A stretch of 22,721 bases of DNA from Candidatus Helarchaeota ASGARD archaeon Hel_GB_B. Its GTDB lineage: Archaea > Asgardarchaeota > Lokiarchaeia > Helarchaeales > HEL-GB-B. This document shows positions 8,530 to 18,194 of the stretch, in pieces. Under the pieces are notes generated by a model. The model worked only from the letters and a program-made list of their open reading frames with translations, did not search any database and had not been told where the DNA came from. Made by a program: the position numbers and the translations under genes. The stretch covers positions 1 to 22,721 of the forward strand of contig SUPR01000058.1 of NCBI GenBank assembly GCA_005191425.1, written 5' to 3'. The first letter of the stretch is position 1, and each line of letters starts with the position of its first letter.

Positions 8530-8961
8530 TTAAGATTTACCGAATTCCTCCTTAATATCAGATTTTAGGAGATACCAAACAAATATAATCCCCAATAATA
8601 CTATAATTGCAATAATTGATAGCAATACAGCTAAGGAATGCGCCCATTTCTTTAATTTAAAAAGTCCAATTGAATCAATCGCTAAAATAATCCCTAAAAT
8701 TATCAATACGATACCCAAAATCTGCATATATGAAATTAAAAATGGTGTCAATTTGTTTAAATAGGAACCTAAATATGGTAAGTTAACAATGTAATTTTGC
8801 CATATTTCTCCAATAATTGACGTAGATGGGATCTTAACCGATGGTATTTGGCATAAAATTCCTACAATAAAAAAGACTATTGCAACTAACATAAATAAAA
8901 AGCCAATAATTTTTATACCTATTTTATCTCCCTTTTTAATCATTTTATCTCTCTCTTCCAT
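8530..8961 (-). CDS. Hypothetical membrane protein (3-4 TM)
   Basis: 143-aa ORF with hydrophobic helices and a GLFKLKKWA loop typical of small archaeal membrane proteins. Confidence 0.75.
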   Translation of the reverse strand: MEERDKMIKKGDKIGIKIIGFLFMLVAIVFFIVGILCQIPSVKIPSTSIIGEIWQNYIVNLPYLGSYLNKLTPFLISYMQILGIVLIILGIILAIDSIGLFKLKKWAHSLAVLLSIIAIIVLLGIIFVWYLLKSDIKEEFGKS

Positions 8962-9424
8962 TAAATAAATCTTTTAATATTTTCTAATTTTTTTTATGAT
9001 TTATAAATTCTGCCTTTAATGACTTATGTTTTAATTTCTTTTAAAAAATTTTTAACTTTTCTATTGTTAATCTAATATTTAAATAATTGTTATTTGATAA
9101 ATGGTTATTATTTAATGTCTAATATTTTAATTGGAGTAGAATTCTCTTTATAATGATTATTTGGATTATGTATAAAAAATAAAATAAGTAAATGAAAATT
9201 TTTCATAAAAATATTACCTAAAACTATTACTATTAATAAATTTTGTTTTTAAAATAATTTAAATTCAGTTCTATTTAAAATATTTAATAGAAAAAAATAT
9301 GGGAAATAGTTTTCAGCAAATTATATAAGAAGGAATTTCCTTATTATTTATTATTGATGTATTTAAAAATCAAAAAATTAAATTTAGATTTTGAAAAAGA
9401 GATTCTTGTTAGGGGTTCGATATT

Positions 9425-10264
9425 TTGAATGAAATTCAAAATCTACTTAAAGAATATGAAATTTTGATAAGTAGAATTAGTGATTTAGAAGAAGCTTTAA
9501 GCATTGGAAGGAAACCAAATGCGTTTATATCTCTTCTTAAAAAAGAACAACCCAAACCAGCCCAAAAGCTAAAAATGAATTTACCTGACCCAAGATTAAT
9601 TGAATTCAAAAAAGATAGATTTGTAGAGCAGCTATCTGAAATTAAAAAGAAATTATTTGATATTTTTATAAAGTTAATCGAAAAAATTTCGGCAAATTTA
9701 GATGATTTACTTAGTAAAAAAGAAGATTTAGTTATAAAATTAGAAAAAGACTTTCAAATTGATAAGGATCTCTGGCTTTTCATTTCTGAATTATTTCATA
9801 TTAATTACCCCCTAAAAATTTTTGATTGTATTTTTACATTTAATGAAATAAGAATCTCCACCAACAAGGATATTAAAAAATCTTTGTACAGGGCTTTAGA
9901 ATTTTTAAAATTTGCTTCCAAGGCAGAATGCAATGAAATTGAAGAGATTTCAATCATGCGAATGAATTGGGAACTGTTAATGCGGACTACTATTAAAAAT
10001 AATATGTATGCAAAAATTTTTAGAAAAGTAGGTATGTCGGAAAAACCAATAAATATCCAAGATTTTTGTACATCTGAAAACTTAGAAATTAACGAAATTA
10101 AAAAAACTATTGATGAATTGAGTATTTTCTCCCCCCATGCTGGTCTAAAATTTCCAGTTATAGAAAAATTAGAAAGTGGTTATTTCACATTAAATTGCTA
10201 TGGAAAATTCTTATGGGAAAAATTTGGATTTATATTAAATGAAAAAATAGCTGCTTTAGTTTAA
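9425..10264 (+). CDS. Hypothetical helical protein with a possible C-terminal winged helix
   Basis: 279-aa ORF with a TTG start. The N-terminal half is coiled-coil-like. The C-terminal 75 aa end in a wing-like IEKLESGYFTLNCYGKFL. Confidence 0.65.
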   Translation: MNEIQNLLKEYEILISRISDLEEALSIGRKPNAFISLLKKEQPKPAQKLKMNLPDPRLIEFKKDRFVEQLSEIKKKLFDIFIKLIEKISANLDDLLSKKEDLVIKLEKDFQIDKDLWLFISELFHINYPLKIFDCIFTFNEIRISTNKDIKKSLYRALEFLKFASKAECNEIEEISIMRMNWELLMRTTIKNNMYAKIFRKVGMSEKPINIQDFCTSENLEINEIKKTIDELSIFSPHAGLKFPVIEKLESGYFTLNCYGKFLWEKFGFILNEKIAALV

Positions 10265-10309
10265 GTAATTGTGTTTCTTTCTTTTTTTTATTTTATTTTT
10301 CATTATATT

Positions 10310-11668
10310 TTATTTGTTAAGTTCTTCTTTATATTTGACCTTTCTTAAGAATAAATAACTTATGAAGTAACTTATGGAAGCGATCAAAAGAAGTAATGCA
10401 TAAGCAAAATCATGTCCCGGATATTCTCCTGTCCTATAAATCCAGAAATTTAATATAGGTGGTCCATTGATAAAAACATCATTGATCAAACCTACCAGTC
10501 CACTAGCAACGGGCATTCCAATCACTGAAACAAATAGCCAAATCCCTGAATATGTTGCTTCTTTATCTGGAGGTGCTATATCCATTAAAATTGCGTTCTG
10601 AAATGTAAGTACCGCTAGTAATACAAATAGTAGTATAGCAAAAACAATGATTAATTGAATTATTAATGATAATGGACTACCTGCTATGCCCAAAAAAATC
10701 ATAAAAGGTTGGACTAAAAATCCAATATAAAGCGCAATCTTAAAAGTTGGTATTTTTCCTCTTTTTTTAGACATTTTTGAATAAAACCAAAAACCAAAAA
10801 CAGCTACTATTAATAAAACTAAAAATATATTCCAAAATTCAACAGGAATATATGTCTGTTTAAATTTTAAAAAGTCCATAAATACCGTAGTCATTAATGA
10901 ATATGCTAATACAAAAAAGAATGAAGCACTTAAATAATATTTGAAATTATAATCTGTAATACTATCTTTAAATGACTTAAAAAATCCTGGAATTTTCTCT
11001 TTTAAATCTATCTTATTTATTTTTTCGAGGTCTTCTTTAGGCCCTAAAAAAAATACGAATAACATCAACAATAAATAAATACTTCCAACTAATGCCGTTA
11101 TTTCTAAAAATGAAGACATACCTTCAAAAACAAGCGGTATTATAAATGTAGCTATTGTCCCAATCATTCCAAATAAATTAATTGAAATTGAGGCTGAAAC
11201 CCGCTGATTTGGTGGCGTTAAGTCTACGTATAGCGCAATATAATTACAATATAATATTCTATATAAAGAAACATATAATGTCCCGAGTATCAACAATAAA
11301 ATATAATTCTGGGGAAAGCCCATTGATATTAAAATATTTGGTGGTAGTCCAAGAAAAATAAAACATGCTGCCGATGGAATAACAAGGAGTAAATAAGGTC
11401 TCCTCCGTCCAAACCTTGTCCTTGTCTTATCAGAAATATGACCTGAAAATATGTAGACTAATGCGCTTATTGCAAATGGTATTGTAATCATAGAAAAAGA
11501 TACTGTATTTAATATATTATCAAGCCCCAATAATGACAAAGACGGCTTAAATACATATTCTTTATAAAAAACTGGTAATAGAAAATAAAAAATCATATAT
11601 GCAAATGAATTACCAATCATTCCCACTGATAATTTAATTAATTCTAACTTGTTAATCAGTATCACCAA
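10310..11668 (-). CDS. MFS transporter, GPH (MelB/Na+-galactoside symporter-like) family
   Basis: About 12 TM segments; GHISDKTRTRFGRRRPYLL signature; second-half motif MSKKRGK. Confidence 0.9.
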   Translation of the reverse strand: MVILINKLELIKLSVGMIGNSFAYMIFYFLLPVFYKEYVFKPSLSLLGLDNILNTVSFSMITIPFAISALVYIFSGHISDKTRTRFGRRRPYLLLVIPSAACFIFLGLPPNILISMGFPQNYILLLILGTLYVSLYRILYCNYIALYVDLTPPNQRVSASISINLFGMIGTIATFIIPLVFEGMSSFLEITALVGSIYLLLMLFVFFLGPKEDLEKINKIDLKEKIPGFFKSFKDSITDYNFKYYLSASFFFVLAYSLMTTVFMDFLKFKQTYIPVEFWNIFLVLLIVAVFGFWFYSKMSKKRGKIPTFKIALYIGFLVQPFMIFLGIAGSPLSLIIQLIIVFAILLFVLLAVLTFQNAILMDIAPPDKEATYSGIWLFVSVIGMPVASGLVGLINDVFINGPPILNFWIYRTGEYPGHDFAYALLLLIASISYFISYLFLRKVKYKEELNK

Positions 11669-12226
11669 AAAAAATTCTAGGTTATTTAATTATATCCCAT
11701 TTATAAAAATTATCCTTCTGAATAAGTTATTATCAATTTAAAATAATTTGATTAAAAATTAAAACATAAAAATTTAATTAATTTCCGTTTGTTTTTTTGA
11801 CTAGAATTCCTTATTACATTATAAATTTCTTAAATAAAAGTCCTTATTATCTTTTATGAATTGTTCTTTTATTTCATAAGAAGGATTTTAATTTTCTATT
11901 ACTCTTGTAATTAAGATATTTTCCATTTTCATCTAATGTATGTTTTTTATTCTATTATGTAGTTATTATATTACAATTAAAATCAACAAAATTCGGCAAA
12001 AATTTAATTAGTCAAATATTATTTCTTTATGATTCTTATAATCTCGTGCATTGAAATTAAAAAAGAACCATTAATAATTAAGCAATAACTCTAATTTAGC
12101 AAATTCAATATTTAAATGAAGAATAAAGGAAAATAAATAAATATTTACACAGATTACCTTCAAATAAATTTTATATTAATCATTTCTTTATTAAATTAAC
12201 ATTAGAACTTGGAATAGGAAAATAAA

Positions 12227-13012
12227 ATGTCTAAAGTATATTATTCTAAATCTGAGGATAGAATAAAATTTGTAGACTTAATCATTAAAGAATTTAAAAA
12301 GGAATTGAAAGGTAGAATATTTATAAAGCCAAATATCGTTTCTTATGAAAAATATCCTACCACGACAAATTTAAAATTATTTGAAGCATTAATAAAAGCA
12401 TTAAATAGTTATGAACTTGCTGTTGGTGATGCTTCGGCTGTAGATTGTGTTGGATTTTCGGTTAATAAATCTGAAATAAAGAAAATTTGTGATAAATATT
12501 CAATTCCAATGTTTAATCTTTACAATAATATGAAAATAATAGAAAGCCGTTCCGGGTTTAAATTAAAAGTGGCACAGGAGCCATTAAATTATGATACAAT
12601 AATTTCACTACCTATTTTAAAAGTCCATGGACATTGTCAAATGACCGGGGCATTAAAAAATGCTTTTGGGTATTTATCAAAAGGAGAAAGAATAAAATGT
12701 CATACTAAAATAAAAGATATAAACCGAACTATTGCTGAATTAAACACTTTTTTTAAACCCACATTAACTATTATGGATGGAATAGAAACCTTATTAAAAA
12801 CAAACGAGATTAGACATGGAGGAAAACAGTATCATCTTGGTATACTTTGTGCAAGTTCTGACCCGGTTGCTTTAGATATATATGGGTTAAGTATTTTAAA
12901 GAACGTCGAGAAAAAATTAAGAAATAAGAGTCCAAAAGATATTAAATACATTAAACTTGCTATTGATTTAAATGTTGGTAATGAAGATTTTGAGCTAATT
13001 GAAATATGTTAA
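12227..13012 (+). CDS. DUF362 domain protein
   Basis: IFIKPNIV, AVGD, IISLPILKVHG, MTGALKNAFG, TIMDGI and DPVALD are the DUF362 motif series. Confidence 0.85.
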   Translation: MSKVYYSKSEDRIKFVDLIIKEFKKELKGRIFIKPNIVSYEKYPTTTNLKLFEALIKALNSYELAVGDASAVDCVGFSVNKSEIKKICDKYSIPMFNLYNNMKIIESRSGFKLKVAQEPLNYDTIISLPILKVHGHCQMTGALKNAFGYLSKGERIKCHTKIKDINRTIAELNTFFKPTLTIMDGIETLLKTNEIRHGGKQYHLGILCASSDPVALDIYGLSILKNVEKKLRNKSPKDIKYIKLAIDLNVGNEDFELIEIC

Positions 13013-13020
13013 TTTTTTTT
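13013..13020 (+). terminator. Oligo-T tract, candidate terminator of the DUF362 gene
   Basis: T8 immediately after the TAA stop. Confidence 0.35.
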
Positions 13021-13147
13021 ATTTTGATATTTGTAAATAATCTCTATATTTTAATTTTTAAAGTATCGACTGACTTACTAAATTTTTAAATAAATTCAAT
13101 TCAATTTTATAAATAAGAATATAAATCATATTAATTTAACGAGAGGA

Positions 13148-14359
13148 ATGTTTGTAATGGAATTGATGGAAACCCCTAGTGTTTTAAGGTCGCCAAATGC
13201 AGAAAAAAAAGAAAAAACAGTTGTCGCAATTGGTGGCGATGGTATTGGACCATTAGTTGTTAATGGGACTGTTCATGTATTAAAAGGTATGAAAATCCCG
13301 GGACTAACAATAAAAGAAATGCCTGCCGGAGAATCTGCAATAAAAACTCACGGTTCTGCGTTTCCCCCTGAAACTAAAGAAGCAATTGATAAATGCGATG
13401 CGATTCTTTTTGGAGCAACTGAGGAGAAAGCACTACAAGTTATTGCGTATTTACGATGGGGTCTACAAAACTTTGCTAATATCCGTCCCATTAAATACTT
13501 TAAAGGAATGGAAACGGTTATGAAAACTGAACTTGTTGAAAATGTAGATTATACTTTTGTCAGGGAAGGAACTGAAGGAATGTATGCCGCTGCAGGAAAG
13601 GAAGGCAAAGTTAAAGCTCTTTTTAGAAAAGGCGTTATTACAAAAGCTGATTTAGAAAAATGGGGCGAAAAAGCAAAATATGCATTCCGTATAGTTTCTC
13701 CACAAGGTACTGATAGAATTGGTAAAGTAGCATGCGAAATTTGTATGAAACGAAAAGAAAAGGGTATCGGCAAAGGTCTACTGGAAATTGTCTGTAAACC
13801 AAACGTCCTAAGAGACCAAGATAGGATGTTTATTAATAGAATTAAAAAAATAGCTGAAAATTATTTCCCGGAAATTACAGTTGAAACATATATTGTTGAC
13901 GATTTCGCAAGAAGATTATTAAGATATCCTGATTATCATGATACTATAGTAATTCCCAATATGCTTGGCGATATTCTTTCTGATGAAGCTGCCGAAATTG
14001 TGGGTGGACTTGGTGTTGCCGGATCTGGTGTATATGGACCAAAAGCCTCTTATTTCGAACCTACTCACGGGTCTGCACCTGCAGTATTAGCCCGCAAAAA
14101 TTATAAAGGTGAACCTGTAGCAAATCCAACTGCCACACTACTTTCTGCTGTAATGATGTTAGATTACCTCGGCTACGAAACAGAATCAGAAAAATTATAT
14201 TCCGCTATTGCAAAAATGATTGAAGGCGGGTTAGATGTTGAGTCTAACTGGAAGACATTACCAAGAGACGCAGTACCAGAAAAATACCGCAAGGAAGGAA
14301 AGTTCGGCAGCACTATGGACGTTTCAGAAAAAGTCTTGGAAGAATACAAAAAACTCTAA
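13148..14359 (+). CDS. Isocitrate/isopropylmalate (beta-decarboxylating) dehydrogenase family protein; substrate not determined
   Basis: GGDGIGP, ANIRP, FVREGTEGMY, KPNVL, PNMLGDILSDEAA and FEPTHGSAP; GAGAGG RBS upstream. Confidence 0.92.
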   Translation: MFVMELMETPSVLRSPNAEKKEKTVVAIGGDGIGPLVVNGTVHVLKGMKIPGLTIKEMPAGESAIKTHGSAFPPETKEAIDKCDAILFGATEEKALQVIAYLRWGLQNFANIRPIKYFKGMETVMKTELVENVDYTFVREGTEGMYAAAGKEGKVKALFRKGVITKADLEKWGEKAKYAFRIVSPQGTDRIGKVACEICMKRKEKGIGKGLLEIVCKPNVLRDQDRMFINRIKKIAENYFPEITVETYIVDDFARRLLRYPDYHDTIVIPNMLGDILSDEAAEIVGGLGVAGSGVYGPKASYFEPTHGSAPAVLARKNYKGEPVANPTATLLSAVMMLDYLGYETESEKLYSAIAKMIEGGLDVESNWKTLPRDAVPEKYRKEGKFGSTMDVSEKVLEEYKKL

Positions 14360-14631
14360 TTTATTTTCTAATTATTTTTATACCTAATATTTTATTATAT
14401 TTTTATTTTAATTTCTTTCCCATTTATTTTTAATTAGTACAAAACTCCTATCTAAAATAATCTTACATTTTTAACATAACTTATATTCCAAATTTTAGAA
14501 ATTAGTCAAACTTGATTTCTTTTTTAAAATGTAATTTTATAAAAAGATATTTACTTATTATTATTTATATTTAATATTAACCAAATTAAACCAAATGAAC
14601 TAATCATATAAAATTTAAATATTAATTTGGG

Positions 14632-16314
14632 ATGATCATAGTGTCGGAAAATTCTGATGATAATGTTTCCAACCTTTTACAACAAAAGGAAACGAGGATG
14701 TCTGAATTAAGAAAAGAAATACAAAAAATTACAAATGAAAGAAATGAATTAAATTTGAAAAATCAACGATTAACTGAAGACATCGAAGATTTGAAAAAAG
14801 AGATTGAAAAAATTAAAGAATTAAATACCGAAAAAATTAAAGAATTAAATAATAAATTGAATGAAACTACTCAATTATTATCTCAAAAAGATTCCACAAT
14901 TGAAGAGAAATCAAGAAAATTAAACGAAGCACAAGTTGATTTAAAAAGGTTAAAATCTCAAAATGAAGAGAAAAAGAATAGAATTGAAGAATTAAACAAT
15001 AATATCACCCTTTTAACCCAGCAAAAAAAAGAACTTGAAAGAAAAGTTGATTCCCTTAACTCGAAATTAAGAGAACTTGAAACTGAAAAAATAACATTAC
15101 AAAACAATTTGAAACAAGCTCAAGATAAAATCAATCTTTTAGACGAAGAACTTGAAAAATTAAAAACATCTAAAACTGAGAATGAACGTATCATTAATAA
15201 TTATTCAAATGAACTTGAAAAATTAAGAAACGAACTAACTCTAGAAACTCAAAAAGTTGATGAATTAAATACAAAAATTGAAAAAATTAATAAAGAAAAA
15301 AGCGATGAAATAAAAAAATTAAAACAAGATTTAGAAGAAGAAAAAAGGAAGGTATCACAATTAAGCGAATATAATGACCGAAAATCCGATGAATTAATCC
15401 TAAAAAACAATGAAATCACTGAATTGAAACAAAAAATTGAAAATATTAAATTACAGAATACGAGCAATAGGGAACAAACATTTAAATTAGAACAAGAAAT
15501 TAACGCAAAAAATAAAATAAATCAGGTACTAAAAAACGAGTTGGAAACTCTAAAAAATGATTATAAGAATGCTCTAAATGTAATTAAAAGGCAATTAATT
15601 GAAAATTTTAAGCCTAATCTTGATTCTAATTTTAAACGTGCAATTTCAGCAGCTGAAGATGTACAATATAAAGAACTAAAAGAATTAGAAGAAATTTATA
15701 ATAATACTATGACTTTTGTTAAAGAATTACAAAAGGGCCAAATTCAAACACTTCAAAATTATTATTCTAAACAGATGGTATTAATTGAAGAACAAATAAA
15801 CAGTATATCTAAGGCAATAATAGATATTGATGAAAAAAAGAAATTGGACGAATCTAAACTTGAAAAAATAGAATCTGAATTCAAATCCAAAATTGAAAAA
15901 GAAGTAATAAAACCTCAAGAGCCTGTAAAGACTTCCAGTGGTTCTCCATTTGAAAAAATCCAAACTGTAATTACTCCAAGAGGTGAATCAATTTCAATTT
16001 CAATGGAACCAACTGTTGAAAAGAAGCAAAATTGTTTTTTGGTATTTTCAGGTAAAATATTCACTCGTATTTCCGAACCCGCAGAGTCAGGCATAAGAAT
16101 GATATTGGACGAAAAAGAAAAAAAGTGGTTACTTTATTTTGATGAAGATACACAATTAATAGACCAAAGAACTGCTGAGAGGCAAGCTAGGTCAATCTCT
16201 AAAGCTGGATTTGGAACTGAAACTGGAGAACGACTAGGTATTGGTTATGAGCTTAAAATTATCGGAGAAAAAGATGTACCTCCACGTCTATTAAAAGACC
16301 AACATGAATATTAA
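14632..16314 (+). CDS. Long coiled-coil protein with a Pro/Ser linker and a small globular C-terminal domain
   Basis: About 420 aa of E/K/L/N/Q-rich heptad sequence without Pro or Walker motifs, then KPQEPVKTSSGSP, then a roughly 95-aa mixed alpha/beta domain ending PPRLLKDQHEY. Confidence 0.8.
   Translation: MIIVSENSDDNVSNLLQQKETRMSELRKEIQKITNERNELNLKNQRLTEDIEDLKKEIEKIKELNTEKIKELNNKLNETTQLLSQKDSTIEEKSRKLNEAQVDLKRLKSQNEEKKNRIEELNNNITLLTQQKKELERKVDSLNSKLRELETEKITLQNNLKQAQDKINLLDEELEKLKTSKTENERIINNYSNELEKLRNELTLETQKVDELNTKIEKINKEKSDEIKKLKQDLEEEKRKVSQLSEYNDRKSDELILKNNEITELKQKIENIKLQNTSNREQTFKLEQEINAKNKINQVLKNELETLKNDYKNALNVIKRQLIENFKPNLDSNFKRAISAAEDVQYKELKELEEIYNNTMTFVKELQKGQIQTLQNYYSKQMVLIEEQINSISKAIIDIDEKKKLDESKLEKIESEFKSKIEKEVIKPQEPVKTSSGSPFEKIQTVITPRGESISISMEPTVEKKQNCFLVFSGKIFTRISEPAESGIRMILDEKEKKWLLYFDEDTQLIDQRTAERQARSISKAGFGTETGERLGIGYELKIIGEKDVPPRLLKDQHEY
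14806..14851 (+). repeat. In-frame 22-bp direct repeat with a 24-bp period (EKIKELNT-EKIKELNN)
   Basis: GAAAAAATTAAAGAATTAAATA occurs at 14806-14827 and 14830-14851. Confidence 0.8.
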
Positions 16315-16345
16315 ATTTTATTCTCTCTTATTTTTTATTATAAAA

Positions 16346-18112
16346 TTAAAAAAATAGATAATATGAATTTGCAAAAATATAGGCTATAAAAATTGTTTCA
16401 AAAAGAATACCTTCTATAATAGTCCGCGATTTTTCATATAGATAAATTGATGTAAGTGAAATTCCCGTCAAAAAAATAGCTCCTATTGTTGTTGGGATAT
16501 AATAATCCTTAGTTATTTGGAGCATCGGAAATAATACTCCTATACATATAAATCCTGTTGTCCATCGAATCAAAAGATTTGAAAAGAATTTCTTATGTTT
16601 ATTATGCTTCATTAATTCTTCTTGTATTATTTTTCTAAAAATCAATTCAATTCCAAATATTGGTATAGCTAAGAGAAGACTCTCTATGTAATAATAATAT
16701 GACCTCGGATAAATGAAAATAATTTTAAACGCATTACTGATAACGAAATAGATAACCGTAAGTAATATACCAAAAATAACCCCTAATGTAATACTTTTTA
16801 TATCTAATTCCTTTTTAATATTTCTTTTTATGAAATCAATGTTTACTTTTTCTCTATTTTTATACCAAAGAACGCCAATTGCATAAATAATGAATAAAAG
16901 TCCTCCAATTATCATAGTCAAAATAAAATTGTTTATTATCGGAAGTAAAAAATATAATACAACCCATATTCCAAATACTGGAATTAATACCATTGTTATA
17001 TATAAAGTTAATCTTCCTAATGTTTTTAATTTTTCAATTCTATTTTTAGTAAATTCTTGATTTTTCAATTTTTGATCTGAATTTAGCATTCTTGAACTTT
17101 TTATATTTCTATATATAAAAAACGCGAATATAGCTATGAGATATTGAATTAGCAGTAAGGTGACTATTTGGTTCATAAAGACTTGAACCCAAACTATTTC
17201 TTTCTCTAAAATACTTCGTGGTTCAGGGGAAATTCCCATTAATTTTTCTTCAAAATATTGGACAACTCGAATATTTGTATAGAATAAATCTGTATTCATT
17301 AAACTATGGTCTGCCCCAGGTAAGATTTCAAGTTGACATTTTTTTGAGTTATTAATTGTTTTATTTATATCCACTCCTTGTTGAGCAGGTACTAGCGTGT
17401 CTGCTCCGCCATAAATCAATAACAAGTCCTGTGGAATTATCCCGGGAAATGTCCCGTTCAAATAAAGAACTGCTGAAAGATTGCGCCTTAATTCTGGATT
17501 ATGCAGTATGTCTTCATTAAATGGTATTTTCATTAAATGGAATTGTCTATCAAAATCATGTCTCGTAGAAAAATATGTTAAATTACTTGGACCAGCCAAT
17601 GAAATCGAAGCGTTTATCCTAGGATCTATTACACTAGCCATTAATGTAGCCCAACCTCCTAAACTATGACCAAAACACCCAATTGCTGAGATATTAAATA
17701 TGTTTTTCCTTAAATAAATATAATCCAATGCTCCAATTACATTTTCCCAAAATAATGGCCCTAAAGTTTCTCGTTCGTATATCCCTCTACTTGTTTGTCC
17801 ATGCCCCTCTTGGTCTAATTGTAATACCATAAACCCTTTTTTTGTCAATTCAAGGGGAAATCTCACATCTAAATCTTTAGACCAAGATAATCCATGTAAA
17901 TAGATAATTACAGGACACGGCATTGAAAATGGCTTTTTTGGATAATACAAATTTGCACTTACAATGTCTCCATTCCGACTTGGAAATGTTATAGTTTCCA
18001 CTTTAATTATTGACTGTGAATATATGTAAATATTAGATGAAATCGTATAAAATAAAACTGAAATTGGTAATATTATTAAAATTAAAATCCTTAATATTAT
18101 CCATATCTTCAT
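16346..18112 (-). CDS. Alpha/beta hydrolase with an N-terminal anchor and a C-terminal multi-TM domain
   Basis: YLHG oxyanion region, nucleophile GHSLGG, Asp in GGADTLV, His in PGADHSL; the last ~280 aa are polytopic. Confidence 0.88.
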   Translation of the reverse strand: MKIWIILRILILIILPISVLFYTISSNIYIYSQSIIKVETITFPSRNGDIVSANLYYPKKPFSMPCPVIIYLHGLSWSKDLDVRFPLELTKKGFMVLQLDQEGHGQTSRGIYERETLGPLFWENVIGALDYIYLRKNIFNISAIGCFGHSLGGWATLMASVIDPRINASISLAGPSNLTYFSTRHDFDRQFHLMKIPFNEDILHNPELRRNLSAVLYLNGTFPGIIPQDLLLIYGGADTLVPAQQGVDINKTINNSKKCQLEILPGADHSLMNTDLFYTNIRVVQYFEEKLMGISPEPRSILEKEIVWVQVFMNQIVTLLLIQYLIAIFAFFIYRNIKSSRMLNSDQKLKNQEFTKNRIEKLKTLGRLTLYITMVLIPVFGIWVVLYFLLPIINNFILTMIIGGLLFIIYAIGVLWYKNREKVNIDFIKRNIKKELDIKSITLGVIFGILLTVIYFVISNAFKIIFIYPRSYYYYIESLLLAIPIFGIELIFRKIIQEELMKHNKHKKFFSNLLIRWTTGFICIGVLFPMLQITKDYYIPTTIGAIFLTGISLTSIYLYEKSRTIIEGILFETIFIAYIFANSYYLFF

Positions 18113-18134
18113 GAGTAATTAAAATAATATTAGA

Positions 18135-18142
18135 TATTTAAA
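18135..18142 (-). promoter_or_regulatory. Candidate TATA box (TTTAAATA) for a leaderless transcript of the alpha/beta hydrolase
   Basis: Lies 23-30 nt upstream of the ATG at 18112, the spacing expected for leaderless archaeal mRNAs. Confidence 0.45.
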
Positions 18143-18194
18143 TTTATTAGTGTTTAATCAAAATAAATAATGAAATAAATCGTTTATATTAACA

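Noticed and set aside
3517-9006. Recurrent TGATTTATAA 10-mer (3517, 8464, 8481, 8997)
   Set aside because: Two of the hits are one tandem duplication, and the motif is 90% AT in a very AT-rich sequence, so recurrence is not convincing.
11669-12226. 558-bp spacer between the MFS and DUF362 genes, checked for a small gene, pseudogene or ncRNA
   Set aside because: Only very short stop-interrupted frames were found, with no GC-rich stems and no repeats.
13549-13773. 74-aa minus-strand ORF
   Set aside because: Antisense to the dehydrogenase.
15249-15963. Two Phe-rich minus-strand ORFs (15249-15467, 15781-15963)
   Set aside because: These are the antisense reading of Lys/Glu-rich codons.
14632-16314. 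SMC/Rad50 or myosin call for the coiled-coil protein
   Set aside because: No Walker A/B, signature or hinge motifs; any similarity would reflect coiled-coil composition only.
17481-17669. 62-aa plus-strand ORF
   Set aside because: Antisense to the alpha/beta hydrolase.
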